From: an uncultured Dehalococcoidia bacterium
GTDB lineage: Bacteria; Chloroflexota; Dehalococcoidia; Lucifugimonadales; UBA2985
DNA: 64,000 nt
Direction of reading: 5' to 3'
Assembly (NCBI GenBank): GCA_964578255.1
Contig: CAZOCC010000029.1
Span: 29,864 to 93,863 of the forward strand
Shown here: positions 30,893-40,804 of the stretch, piece after piece
How the letters are laid out: the number at the start of each line of letters is the position of its first letter
Numbering within the stretch: the stretch's first letter is position 1
The notes under the pieces: model-generated
What the model saw: the letters and a program-made list of their open reading frames with translations, nothing else
Told to the model about the DNA's origin: nothing
The model's database searches: none
Translations under genes and position numbers: made by a program

Positions 30893-31705
30893 TTAATGTT
30901 CCATCATTGCTCCCCCGTTAATGTTAATAGATTGGCCATGAATCCAGGAAGCCGCCTCTGTACAAAGGTACACGCAAAAATTGCCAGTCTCTTCGTCAGT
31001 GCCATTGCGGCCAATTGGGGTGTTAGCTGCCATATTTTCCCATTGTTCTCCCCTTCCTAATACGTCCATCCTATGTGTGTCCACAGCTCCGGGACATACT
31101 GCGTTGACATTTATCCCAAAAGGGCCTAATTCCCGTGCCATCGATTGGGTCATGCCCACTATAGCGAAATTCGCAGCATTATAAGCAAGCGTATTCGCAC
31201 TTCCCCGTTTGCCTGCAGTGGACGAAATATTTATAATCTTGCCGCCTTCTCCTTGTGCTACCATGTGTTTTAATACTGCCTTGGTACATAGAAAGGTACC
31301 TGTGACTTTGATATCCATAACCTTCTGAAATATGTTTTCATCAAGTTCCAGAATAGGTACTCTGTCCACACCTCTAGCAAACGCAGCGTTGTTTATGAGT
31401 ATATCTATTCTGCCAAATTGCTTTATCGTAGCTTCAACCATATTGTCGACATGGTCTGGGTTGGTGACGTCTACAGTGAGTGTCAGTGCTCGACGTCCGT
31501 GGGATCTAATTTGTTCTGCCACACTCTCCACATCCTTCCAGTCCACTGCCTTTTCGTCTGGTGGGAAAGTATCAGGATTTCTACCTGTGCCCGTGACAAC
31601 CACATCTGCTCCAAGTCTTGCCAGTTCCACAGCCGCGGCTCTACCTATGCCCCTTAGACGCCCGGCACCAGTTACTATGGCTACCTTCCCGTCAAGTTCT
31701 CCCAT
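30893..31705 (-). CDS. SDR-family oxidoreductase (FabG-like)
   Basis: 270 aa. Cofactor motif VTGAGRLRGIGRAAA, then NNAA and ISS. The active-site segment reads AYNAANF, i.e. YxxxN rather than YxxxK. Confidence 0.88.
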   Translation of the reverse strand: MGELDGKVAIVTGAGRLRGIGRAAAVELARLGADVVVTGTGRNPDTFPPDEKAVDWKDVESVAEQIRSHGRRALTLTVDVTNPDHVDNMVEATIKQFGRIDILINNAAFARGVDRVPILELDENIFQKVMDIKVTGTFLCTKAVLKHMVAQGEGGKIINISSTAGKRGSANTLAYNAANFAIVGMTQSMARELGPFGINVNAVCPGAVDTHRMDVLGRGEQWENMAANTPIGRNGTDEETGNFCVYLCTEAASWIHGQSININGGAMMEH

Positions 31706-31984
31706 TGTTGCACCTCCAATTATTAATGTGGTCCAGTTCTTTTGAATCTGTATTTCCTATTGTTACAATGCTGTATCTTTAGCGTATTGGTATATTGATA
31801 TAGCTAATACCTGAATATTAGCACACTAGCAAATGCGATATGTTTTATATGTCGATTTGTATAGTAATTCAAGCATCGTATATAAGCCATTAATGGTTTA
31901 CTGTTGCTAGACAATATTGCTTGACCAGCAGTGGATTCTGGCGTATCTTGTTCCTGTAGACCGATTTTTTGTAGGAGGTGTGAT

Positions 31985-32398
31985 TTGCCTAAACAATCAC
32001 CAGTTCCGGATGAATTGGACAAGCCCTTTTGGGATGCCTGCAACGAGGGTCGATTAGTCGTGCAGAATTGTACATCTTGTGACAAGATGCAGCATCCCCC
32101 TGCGCAGAACTGTCAGTTTTGCAAGTCCGGTAGCAATATGGAATGGCGTGAAGTAAGTGGACGGGGCACCATATACAGTTATGCGGTGATGTTTGATTGT
32201 CCAGTTATTGAGTTAGCAGTGGATCAGCCATTCAATATTGCAGTGGTCCAATTGGAGGAAGATCCTGGAATAAACATGCTGTCGCATCTTCCGGGCACTC
32301 CAGTAGATGAGATACCAGTGGGTGCAAAGGTCCAAGTAGAATTTGAGACTACGTCAGAGACAGGCCAGAAAGTTCCTGAATGGAGAGTGGTAGTCTAA
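31985..32398 (+). CDS. Zn-ribbon/OB-fold protein (DUF35 family)
   Basis: CTSCDKMQHPPAQNCQFC zinc ribbon followed by an OB-fold region. TTG at 31985 has AGGAGG 6 nt upstream; the track start at 31931 is probably too early. Confidence 0.8.
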   Translation: MPKQSPVPDELDKPFWDACNEGRLVVQNCTSCDKMQHPPAQNCQFCKSGSNMEWREVSGRGTIYSYAVMFDCPVIELAVDQPFNIAVVQLEEDPGINMLSHLPGTPVDEIPVGAKVQVEFETTSETGQKVPEWRVVV

Positions 32399-32456
32399 CT
32401 AATTCGTTGTCAGGATCAATTATTAGCCTAATAAAATGATGAGAAAGAGGTAAATT

Positions 32457-33782
32457 ATGCCGACACCGATTGCACCAGATTCAATGTATAGGGATACTGA
32501 AGGACTTGGAATATGGGAACACAGGGGTAAGGTAGCAGCTGTTGGTGTAGGGATTTCTCCTACCGCTAGGCGTTGGGATGAGACTCCGGGAACTAGCGTT
32601 GGTGCATGGACTATTCTAGCAATACGCAGGGCGATAGAAGACGCAGGTGTTGACCCTCAGGAGATTGATGGGATAGTTTTAACTCCCGAAACTACCACAG
32701 GTAACACTTGGCCAGATGATAAGCCACTTCCTCAAGATTTCTTTGAAACTTTTCAATCTACAGAAGATCCATTGGACGGTATAGTGAAATTGAGTGCGGA
32801 ATGGATCTTGAAAAATATGCCTGAACTGCAAAATGTTACGTTTACCATGCATGCACCTATTTGCATGTCGAACGCTTTGGTGGTTGCCGCTCAGGCGGTG
32901 GGGGAGGGATTAACCAAAACTTGCCTGGTGGTTAGAGGGTGGCATAACTTAGCTGGTCGATATTATGTCGGTCAGGGAGGTGATAGAACTGGCAGCACCA
33001 TTTCTGGTGCAGGCAAGTGGTCCACAATGTGGGGTACTGTTGCTTGCTATACAACAGCTATGATTTTTGAAGCCTATTGCCGCAAGTATGGCAAAACGCA
33101 CGATATGATGGCACCGTTTGTAATCGAGGAAAAGATAAATGGGTTATTGAATCCGGACGGATTTTGGTATCAGCATCGACCAGAAGGCTTGACTGCAGAT
33201 GAATACAATGACTCAAGATGGATAGCCAAGCCAGCAAACCTATTTGACAATGACCTGCCGATTTGTGTTTCGGCGGCTATGGTATTTACGACATCCGAAC
33301 GTGCCAAGGATTTGAGACAGAAGCCGGTCTATATACTTAACCATAATAGGACTATGCCAGCTGTCCGGCGCGTGGTGCCTACTTTGGAAGATTGGCAGGA
33401 TGCTAGTGATTTTACTGGTAGGAAGCTTTACGAAGGGGCAGGCATTACTGCTAAAGACCTATCATTTGAGAACATGTATGATGGTTTTACCCTCTTCCAT
33501 GTTTGGCATCTGGAGGGCTTGAGATTTGCAGGTGTTGGAAGAGGAGAAGCTTTGGATTTCTTCGCCACTGATATCAGTATAAAGGGCCCGAATCCAGTTT
33601 CTCCGAGTGGAGGTAATGCAGGTGGTGGTAGAACTCGTTTCTGGTTACATACGGACAGTGTGCAGCAACTGTCTGGAAGAGCAGGTGAAAGACAGATATC
33701 TAGGAAGGCAGAGATTGGGGTCTCAGGTGCCTTCATGCCGGATATGAGCTATTCCTTGATCTGGAGCGCAACTCCCGACTAA
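32457..33782 (+). CDS. thiolase-like (SCP-x/lipid-transfer-protein type) protein
   Basis: 441 aa with thiolase-fold layout, directly downstream of the DUF35 gene (the usual pairing). SD AAGAGG. Canonical thiolase catalytic motifs are not obvious. Confidence 0.7.
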   Translation: MPTPIAPDSMYRDTEGLGIWEHRGKVAAVGVGISPTARRWDETPGTSVGAWTILAIRRAIEDAGVDPQEIDGIVLTPETTTGNTWPDDKPLPQDFFETFQSTEDPLDGIVKLSAEWILKNMPELQNVTFTMHAPICMSNALVVAAQAVGEGLTKTCLVVRGWHNLAGRYYVGQGGDRTGSTISGAGKWSTMWGTVACYTTAMIFEAYCRKYGKTHDMMAPFVIEEKINGLLNPDGFWYQHRPEGLTADEYNDSRWIAKPANLFDNDLPICVSAAMVFTTSERAKDLRQKPVYILNHNRTMPAVRRVVPTLEDWQDASDFTGRKLYEGAGITAKDLSFENMYDGFTLFHVWHLEGLRFAGVGRGEALDFFATDISIKGPNPVSPSGGNAGGGRTRFWLHTDSVQQLSGRAGERQISRKAEIGVSGAFMPDMSYSLIWSATPD

Positions 33783-33805
33783 GTTGTCCTAAAAACGGAA
33801 ATTCA

Positions 33806-33848
33806 ACGACGGTCCTAATCATATTTCGATTAGGACCGTCGTTTTTGT
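33806..33848 (+). terminator. rho-independent terminator
   Basis: Perfect 15-bp stem ACGACGGTCCTAATC / GATTAGGACCGTCGT with a 7-nt loop, followed by TTTTTG. It lies 24 nt after the stop of the thiolase-like gene. Confidence 0.85.
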
Positions 33849-33950
33849 ATATGGAAGGGTGAATGTTATTACTCAACTGTCTGCCGCAAAGTGCGGTACA
33901 AAAGGCTTAATCGGCATATAGAAGAAATTAGTAATGAAGTTGAGGTTCTA

Positions 33951-34418
33951 CTAAATCTTATCGATTTGACCCAAATGGCATATAATCGCATAGTGTTCTT
34001 CACTAATGGGTTGTACTGATAACCTCATGCCTCTACGAAGCAATAACATCTCACTAAGCAGGTAGTTGCCACGTATTTCATTTAAACTTATGGGCTGCTT
34101 GAAGCGTTCTTTAGCCTGTATATCTACCATGTACCAAATAGGATTGTCAGGACTACTCTTAGGATCAGGGTGATCAGATCTTGGGTCCCAGGCCGTATAA
34201 TCTGGATATCCACTACGCACAACTGAGGCTGTTCCCACTACACAGGGCGGTTTAGCGTTTGAGTGATAGAAAAGGACCAAATCACCGGCCTTAATACTAT
34301 CTCTAAGGTAGTTCCTGGCTTGGAAATTACGTACTCCGTCCCATTCGGCAGTACTATCCGCAACAAGGTCATCGTAGGAATAGGCATTAGGTTCGGACTT
34401 AAATAGCCAGTAGTTCAC
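33951..34418 (-). CDS. EVE (PUA-like) domain protein
   Basis: 155 aa. NYWLFKSEPNAYSYDDL...WDGVRNFQARNYLR...GDLVLFYHS is the characteristic EVE-domain N-terminus. Confidence 0.8.
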   Translation of the reverse strand: MNYWLFKSEPNAYSYDDLVADSTAEWDGVRNFQARNYLRDSIKAGDLVLFYHSNAKPPCVVGTASVVRSGYPDYTAWDPRSDHPDPKSSPDNPIWYMVDIQAKERFKQPISLNEIRGNYLLSEMLLLRRGMRLSVQPISEEHYAIICHLGQIDKI

Positions 34419-34450
34419 TGTGACACGTTCTCCAAGTCTCTTGCTTATTG

Positions 34451-35518
34451 CTAACGGGGAGATTCTAGAAGGATTTGGGCTATTCTGTGGATTACTCTCC
34501 AGCTGGCAGCACTAGGATAAAATATGTTCCAAGTAGTCGAGATTTCTATGGTCCATCCTTGAAATACATTCGGATGCGTCCAAATAGTAATGTCTCCCTC
34601 TTCAGTGACCAAGTCCTCTATATGTTTGTCCTGAGAAAGAGCATCAATGAGTGGCTTAATTGCCGCAGATGAGGATTTCCATTCCACGCCCACTACTTTT
34701 CCGAAAATCGGGAATGATTTTTTTCTCGTGGTCTTAACGTTAAATGCCTTATGTTCCACTGGGATGCTATTGTCTGTAATCGCAAAGACTGTTCTGTATC
34801 TGGCTGGGCCATTCTTGTCTTGTGATTTGGTTCTTACAGCGTTTATCCAGACAATGGTATCGTCCTCTATGTCTATTATTCCAAGTGACGCTCTCCCTAG
34901 CCCAGAGGCACCGCGTATGTTCTCTTCATGCCTTCCTCTCTGAGCCATAACTGCCTTTATGCCCATTGAGCGGAGTCCTTCCGCCAAGTTGTCTCTGGAT
35001 CTATCTCGCATTCCGAAGAAAGTAGAGTGTTCTTGTTCTTCGTCAGCCACTTTCTCAGATCCTATTGATGCTTGCTGAGATTCCTCAATATCTGATGGCC
35101 TGACCGATTCAGGAACACCAATGTCGTGTCTGCTGTCAGACCGGCTCAACTTCAAAATATCTTGTTCGGTATGGTTGATTAGGCTGGCCTTCTTCCTGCG
35201 CTGGTAGAAGAAATAGGCAACTATTATGCCTATGCTTATAACCGCTAGGCTTCCGAAGTCTCCCTCGGGTTTTTCACGGTCGCCGCGCTCCAGGTCATGC
35301 TTTTCAGAGAAATAGGCCATTTTTTCAATGTATTCTTCCTTGTTGATAAATCCTTCCTGGAATTCCTCTTCAATCGACGCCGTACCTTCATTAATTTCAG
35401 CTTCAGTGAAATGGTCTGCGTAAGCCGGTACATATTGAGAAATGAATAAGACGCCTATTACCAAGGCGATAATTAATTTGAAGCAGCTGATTTCCAGCGT
35501 TATAGATTTGATATTCAT
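34451..35518 (-). CDS. hypothetical membrane-anchored protein
   Basis: 355 aa. Signal peptide or TM, an acidic ~70-aa segment, a second TM (SLAVISIGIIVAYFFY), then a ~230-aa C-terminal domain with no recognised motif. Confidence 0.55.
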   Translation of the reverse strand: MNIKSITLEISCFKLIIALVIGVLFISQYVPAYADHFTEAEINEGTASIEEEFQEGFINKEEYIEKMAYFSEKHDLERGDREKPEGDFGSLAVISIGIIVAYFFYQRRKKASLINHTEQDILKLSRSDSRHDIGVPESVRPSDIEESQQASIGSEKVADEEQEHSTFFGMRDRSRDNLAEGLRSMGIKAVMAQRGRHEENIRGASGLGRASLGIIDIEDDTIVWINAVRTKSQDKNGPARYRTVFAITDNSIPVEHKAFNVKTTRKKSFPIFGKVVGVEWKSSSAAIKPLIDALSQDKHIEDLVTEEGDITIWTHPNVFQGWTIEISTTWNIFYPSAASWRVIHRIAQILLESPR

Positions 35519-35685
35519 TGTGTCCTCTATTTTATTTACTGAGTGTTATTTTACATAATATTACATTTCAGTTGTAAGTTTAACAGATGGTATTCCCAAA
35601 TTTCGGTGTAATGTTACGTCAATGCCCTTGTGTTAAACTTTAGTGTCACCGCTCAAATAAACTATAGGAACCTAAATCCATATTC

Positions 35686-36879
35686 ATGAGTTTTATAAAA
35701 CGTGTATTAGAAATCCTGTTTGTTGCCACCAGATTAGGCATAACCTCCTTTGGGGGTCCAATAGCGCACATAGGGTATTTTAGGGAAGAATACGTCAACC
35801 GTAGAGGTTGGCTGGACGAAAACAGCTATACGGATATAGTGTCGCTATGCCAAGTTTTACCGGGCCCTACAAGTAGCCAAGTCGGCATAGTGGTTGGAAT
35901 GTGGCGAGCCGGATTCATTGGCGGGGTGATAGCATGGCTAGGATTTACATTGCCATCAGCGATTGTCTTAATGCTGTTTGCTGTGAGCGTAGGGAGTGCA
36001 GATAGTCTCTCGGCATATGGATGGCTGCATGGCCTCAAAATAATGGCAGTTGCTGTGGTGGCCCTGGCCGTTTGGGGTATGGCTCGTACAATCTGCACTG
36101 ATAGAACCAGATACACGATATCTGTTGTATCAGTCATATTTATACTACTGATTGCCAATCAATTGACACAGATTGGGGTGATTGTGTTTGGGGCCATAGT
36201 TGGTTGGCTATTCCTGAGGCATGAAGTTCAATCTGTCCAACCCAATGATCGTATAATGATTCCTAAAACCATAGCAATAGCTTCGCTGGTGGTTTTCGTA
36301 TCTCTTTTGATATTCTTGCCTGTTGCCAGGCAACTGACCACTGAACCATCGTTGGCAATCGTAGACAGTTTTTACAGAGCAGGTTCATTGGTGTTTGGAG
36401 GCGGTCACGTAGTCCTTCCTATGCTACAGAGTGAAGTGATAGAACCTGGGTGGGTTAGCCAGGACATTTTTCTTGCAGGATATGGCGCTGCGCAGGCTAT
36501 ACCAGGTCCTCTATTCACTTTTGCAGCTTATTTGGGTTCGTCGATGGGGCAATTCAAGTATCCGTTTGTTAACGGATTGATGAGTCTATCTGCCATATAC
36601 CTTCCATCATTCCTCCTTATCGTCGGCGTAATACCATTCTGGAATGATCTGCGCTCTATGGAAAGATTCCGAGGGGTTTTGGCAGGCGTGAATGCTTCTG
36701 TGGTGGGCTTACTTACGGCCGCCCTATACGATCCCATATGGATTAGTGCTGTTAGAATACCAAGTGATGCGGCAATACTGGTAGGCCTTATATTCTTACT
36801 TACTGTGTTGAAATGGCCGGTATGGTCTGTGGTGTCTATATCAGCTGTCGTTGGCGAAGTAGTGACGAGGTTTGTGTGA
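35686..36879 (+). CDS. chrA: chromate transporter (two-CHR-domain ChrA)
   Basis: 397 aa. ITSFGGPIAHIGYFREEYV..RGWLDE..Y.D.VSLCQVLPGPTSSQ, with a second CHR-like half. Confidence 0.85.
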   Translation: MSFIKRVLEILFVATRLGITSFGGPIAHIGYFREEYVNRRGWLDENSYTDIVSLCQVLPGPTSSQVGIVVGMWRAGFIGGVIAWLGFTLPSAIVLMLFAVSVGSADSLSAYGWLHGLKIMAVAVVALAVWGMARTICTDRTRYTISVVSVIFILLIANQLTQIGVIVFGAIVGWLFLRHEVQSVQPNDRIMIPKTIAIASLVVFVSLLIFLPVARQLTTEPSLAIVDSFYRAGSLVFGGGHVVLPMLQSEVIEPGWVSQDIFLAGYGAAQAIPGPLFTFAAYLGSSMGQFKYPFVNGLMSLSAIYLPSFLLIVGVIPFWNDLRSMERFRGVLAGVNASVVGLLTAALYDPIWISAVRIPSDAAILVGLIFLLTVLKWPVWSVVSISAVVGEVVTRFV

Positions 36880-36932
36880 TTCACGTGGTAATATGGGACC
36901 ATTTCATGACTGGTTTATAGGACTTTTGGGGA

Positions 36933-38240
36933 ATGAATATACTTAATCCGAAACAGATTTACTATGGTTGGTGGGTCGCGGTATCTGCAATGATTGTCAT
37001 ATCTGTGGGTGCTGGCTTCTATTGGCTGGGGTTCGGGGTATTTTTCTTGCCATTGGCAATGGAGTTTAATACTAATCGCACCACCCTCTCTGGGGCAATG
37101 GCTATAGCGCAGTTAGAGGGTGGCCTTCTGGGCCCCATAGATGGTTACCTCGTGGACAGGTATGGGCCAAGGAAAATGATGTTCGTTGGTGTAACTATCA
37201 TGGGAATCGGCTTCATCCTAATGAGCATGGTTAATTCGCTTTTGATGTTTTATGTCGTATACCTGTTGCTGATTTCACTCGGCATGTCGGTTGGTGTAAG
37301 GGTTCCGGCTATCGTGGCACCAACAAACTGGTTTGTCAGGAAACGTGGCATGGCTTTAGGTATTACGACGTCAGGTGTGGGCATAGGAGGAATATTTGTG
37401 CCCATACTGGGTTGGCTCGTAATTAACATGGGATGGCGACCAACTGCTGCCATCGCTGGTTTGGTAGTGTTGGCAGTTGGATTACCTCTGGCGGCGGTAA
37501 TGAGGCACAGACCAGAGCAGTATGGAATGTTACCAGATGGCAGAATACCGCAAACTTCTCCGTCGGATTCAGTGGACCCTGTGGCGGATGATTCAGGAGA
37601 TAATGCGATACAAGCTACTTCATTAGTACAAGACGAATATGAATCTGAGGCTTCCTACTCCATGATGGAAGCTTTGAGAACGCCGGTGTTTTGGCTTCTT
37701 TCTATGGTATTCGGACTACGCCAACTGATTATAGGTGCTATAGGTTTGCATCAGGTGCCTTTCTTGATAGATATTGGAGTGGATGCTCAAATGGCTGCTA
37801 CGGTTCTAGGGATGACTGCTATTACCAGCATAATTGGTAGGTTAGGGTTTGGATGGCTTGCTGATAGGATAGAGAAAAGATTTGTTATGGCTGCGACCAT
37901 TGGGTTGGCCGGGTTAGGTGCTCTGATATTGGCTAACGTTACATTATGGTGGCACCTTATTTTCTTCGTGGCTACTTATGGCATAGGATGGGGTGGGGGT
38001 GCCACCATAATGTCAGTTTTAAGAGCGGAATATTTTGGGAGAAGGGCTTTTGGTACGATATCCGGCATGATGGATTTTGTTCAAATGTTTGGTCTTGTGC
38101 TAGGACCGATATTCGCTGGATTTGTTTTTGATGTGACAAGTAGCTATTACATAGCGTTTATGATATTTGCTATATCCGGCGCCTTGGCCTCAGCAATTAT
38201 GCTGTTCATAAAACCACCAAAGCAATCGGCTATAAATTAA
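36933..38240 (+). CDS. MFS transporter (oxalate/formate-antiporter-like)
   Basis: 435 aa. N-terminal YYGWWV, the DRYGPRK loop, a long central loop and about 12 TM segments. Confidence 0.85.
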   Translation: MNILNPKQIYYGWWVAVSAMIVISVGAGFYWLGFGVFFLPLAMEFNTNRTTLSGAMAIAQLEGGLLGPIDGYLVDRYGPRKMMFVGVTIMGIGFILMSMVNSLLMFYVVYLLLISLGMSVGVRVPAIVAPTNWFVRKRGMALGITTSGVGIGGIFVPILGWLVINMGWRPTAAIAGLVVLAVGLPLAAVMRHRPEQYGMLPDGRIPQTSPSDSVDPVADDSGDNAIQATSLVQDEYESEASYSMMEALRTPVFWLLSMVFGLRQLIIGAIGLHQVPFLIDIGVDAQMAATVLGMTAITSIIGRLGFGWLADRIEKRFVMAATIGLAGLGALILANVTLWWHLIFFVATYGIGWGGGATIMSVLRAEYFGRRAFGTISGMMDFVQMFGLVLGPIFAGFVFDVTSSYYIAFMIFAISGALASAIMLFIKPPKQSAIN

Positions 38241-38264
38241 CATTAGTAACAAAAGGGGTTCATA

Positions 38265-38579
38265 TTGAGATCGGTAATATTGTTTCTTGTACCTGCACTT
38301 TTATTGATGGGCTGTGCTAGCGATGATCCTACAACCAACCCACAACTGGCGGGTACGGTGCAACCAATCTCCACCAATATACTCCCAACGTATACCCCCA
38401 TACCAACGTATACTCCCTACCCTACGCCTACTTTATTGCCAACCCCAAATCCTATCGATCTTTGGTGGAATGGGCCTCCATACTCAGAGGAACAGATTCA
38501 ATTTTGCCGACAAGCTTATTATTTTGACATGGCTAAGTGTAGAGAGGATGTGATAGGCGGTACGCTTGAATGGCCCTAG
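38265..38579 (+). CDS. small Pro/Thr-rich lipoprotein
   Basis: TTG start with AAGGGG 6 nt upstream, lipobox LLMGC, and PTYTPIPTYTPYPTPTLLPTP low-complexity linker. Confidence 0.6.
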   Translation: MRSVILFLVPALLLMGCASDDPTTNPQLAGTVQPISTNILPTYTPIPTYTPYPTPTLLPTPNPIDLWWNGPPYSEEQIQFCRQAYYFDMAKCREDVIGGTLEWP

Positions 38580-38650
38580 GTTTTGTGTGTAGTTGTCATG
38601 GAATGATTAGCATTGTATTGATGGATTTAGATTAATTAGGAGTAATAGAT

Positions 38651-39166
38651 ATGGCAGAAGAGATCACCATTAACAAGGCCAAAACAGCAGTAGTTATAAT
38701 GGACTACCAGAATAGGCAGCTTAGTAATTTCTCTGATGAATTCCAGCGCGAGATTCTTCAAAATGCTAACAATGTATTAGATGGTTGCCGCTCGAAGAAT
38801 GTGCCTGTGCTCTATGTAGAAGTGGTCAGAGGAGATAGAACACCAGAAATTGCTATACATGATGCGATAACCCCCAAATCCGGAGATAAGATATTTACTA
38901 AGACTCGAACTGGGCCATTTTCAACCACAGATATTGACGCAGTTCTAAAGGGTTTAGGCATCGAGTCACTGGTATTGATGGGTATATCAACAAGTGGATG
39001 TGTGCTCACGACAGTAAGATGGGCATATGATATAGATTATTCAGTGATTGTATTGTCGGATTGTTGCGCGGACAGAGATGATGAAGTTCATCGGGTGTTA
39101 ATGGAAAAACTATTCCCTCGTCAGGCTACCATCCTTACATCCAAGGAATTCCTGGGTTTGTTATAG
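38651..39166 (+). CDS. isochorismatase-family cysteine hydrolase
   Basis: 171 aa. VVIMDYQN (Asp), FTKTR (Lys) and LMGISTSGCVLTT (Cys) form the family triad. Confidence 0.8.
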   Translation: MAEEITINKAKTAVVIMDYQNRQLSNFSDEFQREILQNANNVLDGCRSKNVPVLYVEVVRGDRTPEIAIHDAITPKSGDKIFTKTRTGPFSTTDIDAVLKGLGIESLVLMGISTSGCVLTTVRWAYDIDYSVIVLSDCCADRDDEVHRVLMEKLFPRQATILTSKEFLGLL

Positions 39167-39181
39167 TATGCCATTAGTGGC

Positions 39182-40315
39182 TCAGGGCTGATCCTCTGTA
39201 ATTGGAAGATGTGCTTTAGGGTTAGATTTCTTGCTGCCGTGCAGAACCCATCCGATAGGGGTGTATCTCACGAAGATATGATAAGTAGAGGTGCATATTA
39301 TGGTGGTGGCAAGTATGTTCAGTGAAGCGCCGTATATTGGATGTAGTGAAGTTTCTTTAAGAATAATCACTCCTAGCCCCATAACTACTACCAAATGCAT
39401 AAGGTAAATCCAGTAAGACGCATCTACAAAATAAAGGATCAATCTATTGCTGGTCCGGAATATAGCCTCTGAACCACCTATGAACCCCATTATCATACAA
39501 AATGTGGATATAGCAGAAACAATCAAGCCATTTACCCATAGGAGTTCCCGAGTTTCTTCATCCATTATGTTTGATTCATCCAACGCTTCTAGGATAAACA
39601 TTAAAAGAACGAAGCATCCAATGCCCGCAAACAAATATTTTTTCCAGGAATCCGCCAGATCCTCCAGAATCCGTATATTGCGATGCATGAACCAACCTAT
39701 TAAGAAGTATGAGAAACCCAGAGTAAAGAATGGCCCTGGTATACCAATATTAGTAAATATAAAGTTGAAGAATAATGGCCGGCCGGTGAATGTGGTTGGT
39801 ATTAACAGAATCATGAGTAACCATAGTCTGGTGGTTGATTCGAATATCCAGTCAATACGGCTTATCATTGAGGGCATGATCTTGCTTGATAATCTTATTA
39901 TCAGTAGCAGGGTGTACATCCAAATAAGATCGTGTAAGAACCATAGATGATGAGTTTGGTTCAGGGCGCCGAATTGAAATATGATGTTGTAGACTAGCGA
40001 TACCACTATGAGTGGTACAAGAATTCTTACGAATCTGTTTTTTAATAAGCCAGATATTCCTCTTCTATGTACTACAAGCCTTGCAAAGAATCCTGCAATC
40101 AAAAAGAATACAGGCATTCTCCACGAGTGTATGAACATGAATATCATACCAAGGAAATCAGACGTGGGTGTACTGGCTTTGTCACCAGTCATTTCGTAGG
40201 CCAATTTGGGTCCGGCGTCTTCTAAATAGAACATGCACGAATGAAGCACTACGCCCATGATCATAGCGAATGCTCTGAGGGCATCCAAGCCATGGTATCT
40301 GATTGAGTTAATCAA
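39182..40315 (-). CDS. acyltransferase family 3 membrane protein
   Basis: 377 aa, polytopic. N-terminal GLDALRAFAMIMGVVLHS is typical of acyltransferase_3. Confidence 0.75.
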   Translation of the reverse strand: MINSIRYHGLDALRAFAMIMGVVLHSCMFYLEDAGPKLAYEMTGDKASTPTSDFLGMIFMFIHSWRMPVFFLIAGFFARLVVHRRGISGLLKNRFVRILVPLIVVSLVYNIIFQFGALNQTHHLWFLHDLIWMYTLLLIIRLSSKIMPSMISRIDWIFESTTRLWLLMILLIPTTFTGRPLFFNFIFTNIGIPGPFFTLGFSYFLIGWFMHRNIRILEDLADSWKKYLFAGIGCFVLLMFILEALDESNIMDEETRELLWVNGLIVSAISTFCMIMGFIGGSEAIFRTSNRLILYFVDASYWIYLMHLVVVMGLGVIILKETSLHPIYGASLNILATTIICTSTYHIFVRYTPIGWVLHGSKKSNPKAHLPITEDQP

Positions 40316-40336
40316 GATCTTCTGTAAGTGTTCAGG

Positions 40337-40606
40337 CTAGGCCGATTCAAGGAAATTTACATTTGGAGGAGCAGTAACCCCAGCTTGTCTTATGCGTTCT
40401 TGAGCTTCTGGGGACAGCAGAACGGATAGGAATGCTTCTTTCGATGGGGCTGTGCCTATTGCCCATGCGTTGTTAGGATCATCTACGTTCCTGTGTGCCA
40501 CCATGTGTATGTCTGCTGCGCTTCTGACACTTTCTCCTGCATCAAATTGGAATTTCCACTCGTCAAAATCACTGACGGTGAAAGATACTATAACTTTAAC
40601 GCTCAT
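40337..40606 (-). CDS. hypothetical small protein (89 aa from the SD-supported start)
   Basis: The ATG at 40606 follows AAGGAG; the track start at 40630 lacks an SD. No recognised family. Confidence 0.45.
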   Translation of the reverse strand: MSVKVIVSFTVSDFDEWKFQFDAGESVRSAADIHMVAHRNVDDPNNAWAIGTAPSKEAFLSVLLSPEAQERIRQAGVTAPPNVNFLESA

Positions 40607-40804
40607 ATATGTTTTTCTCCTTTTTGACAACTATTTGGCAAAACCGTTTCACAGACATGGTATAACCCACAAGATTTCGATACAACTTATTTTGCCATAA
40701 ATGCTCAGGGTGTTTATAATTAGAGTTTTAATATTGTAACTTTATAATTGTAAGCGTGCAGGTGTTCCGTCTGGTACTTATTCTCATAATGTGGGAGGAA
40801 AATC

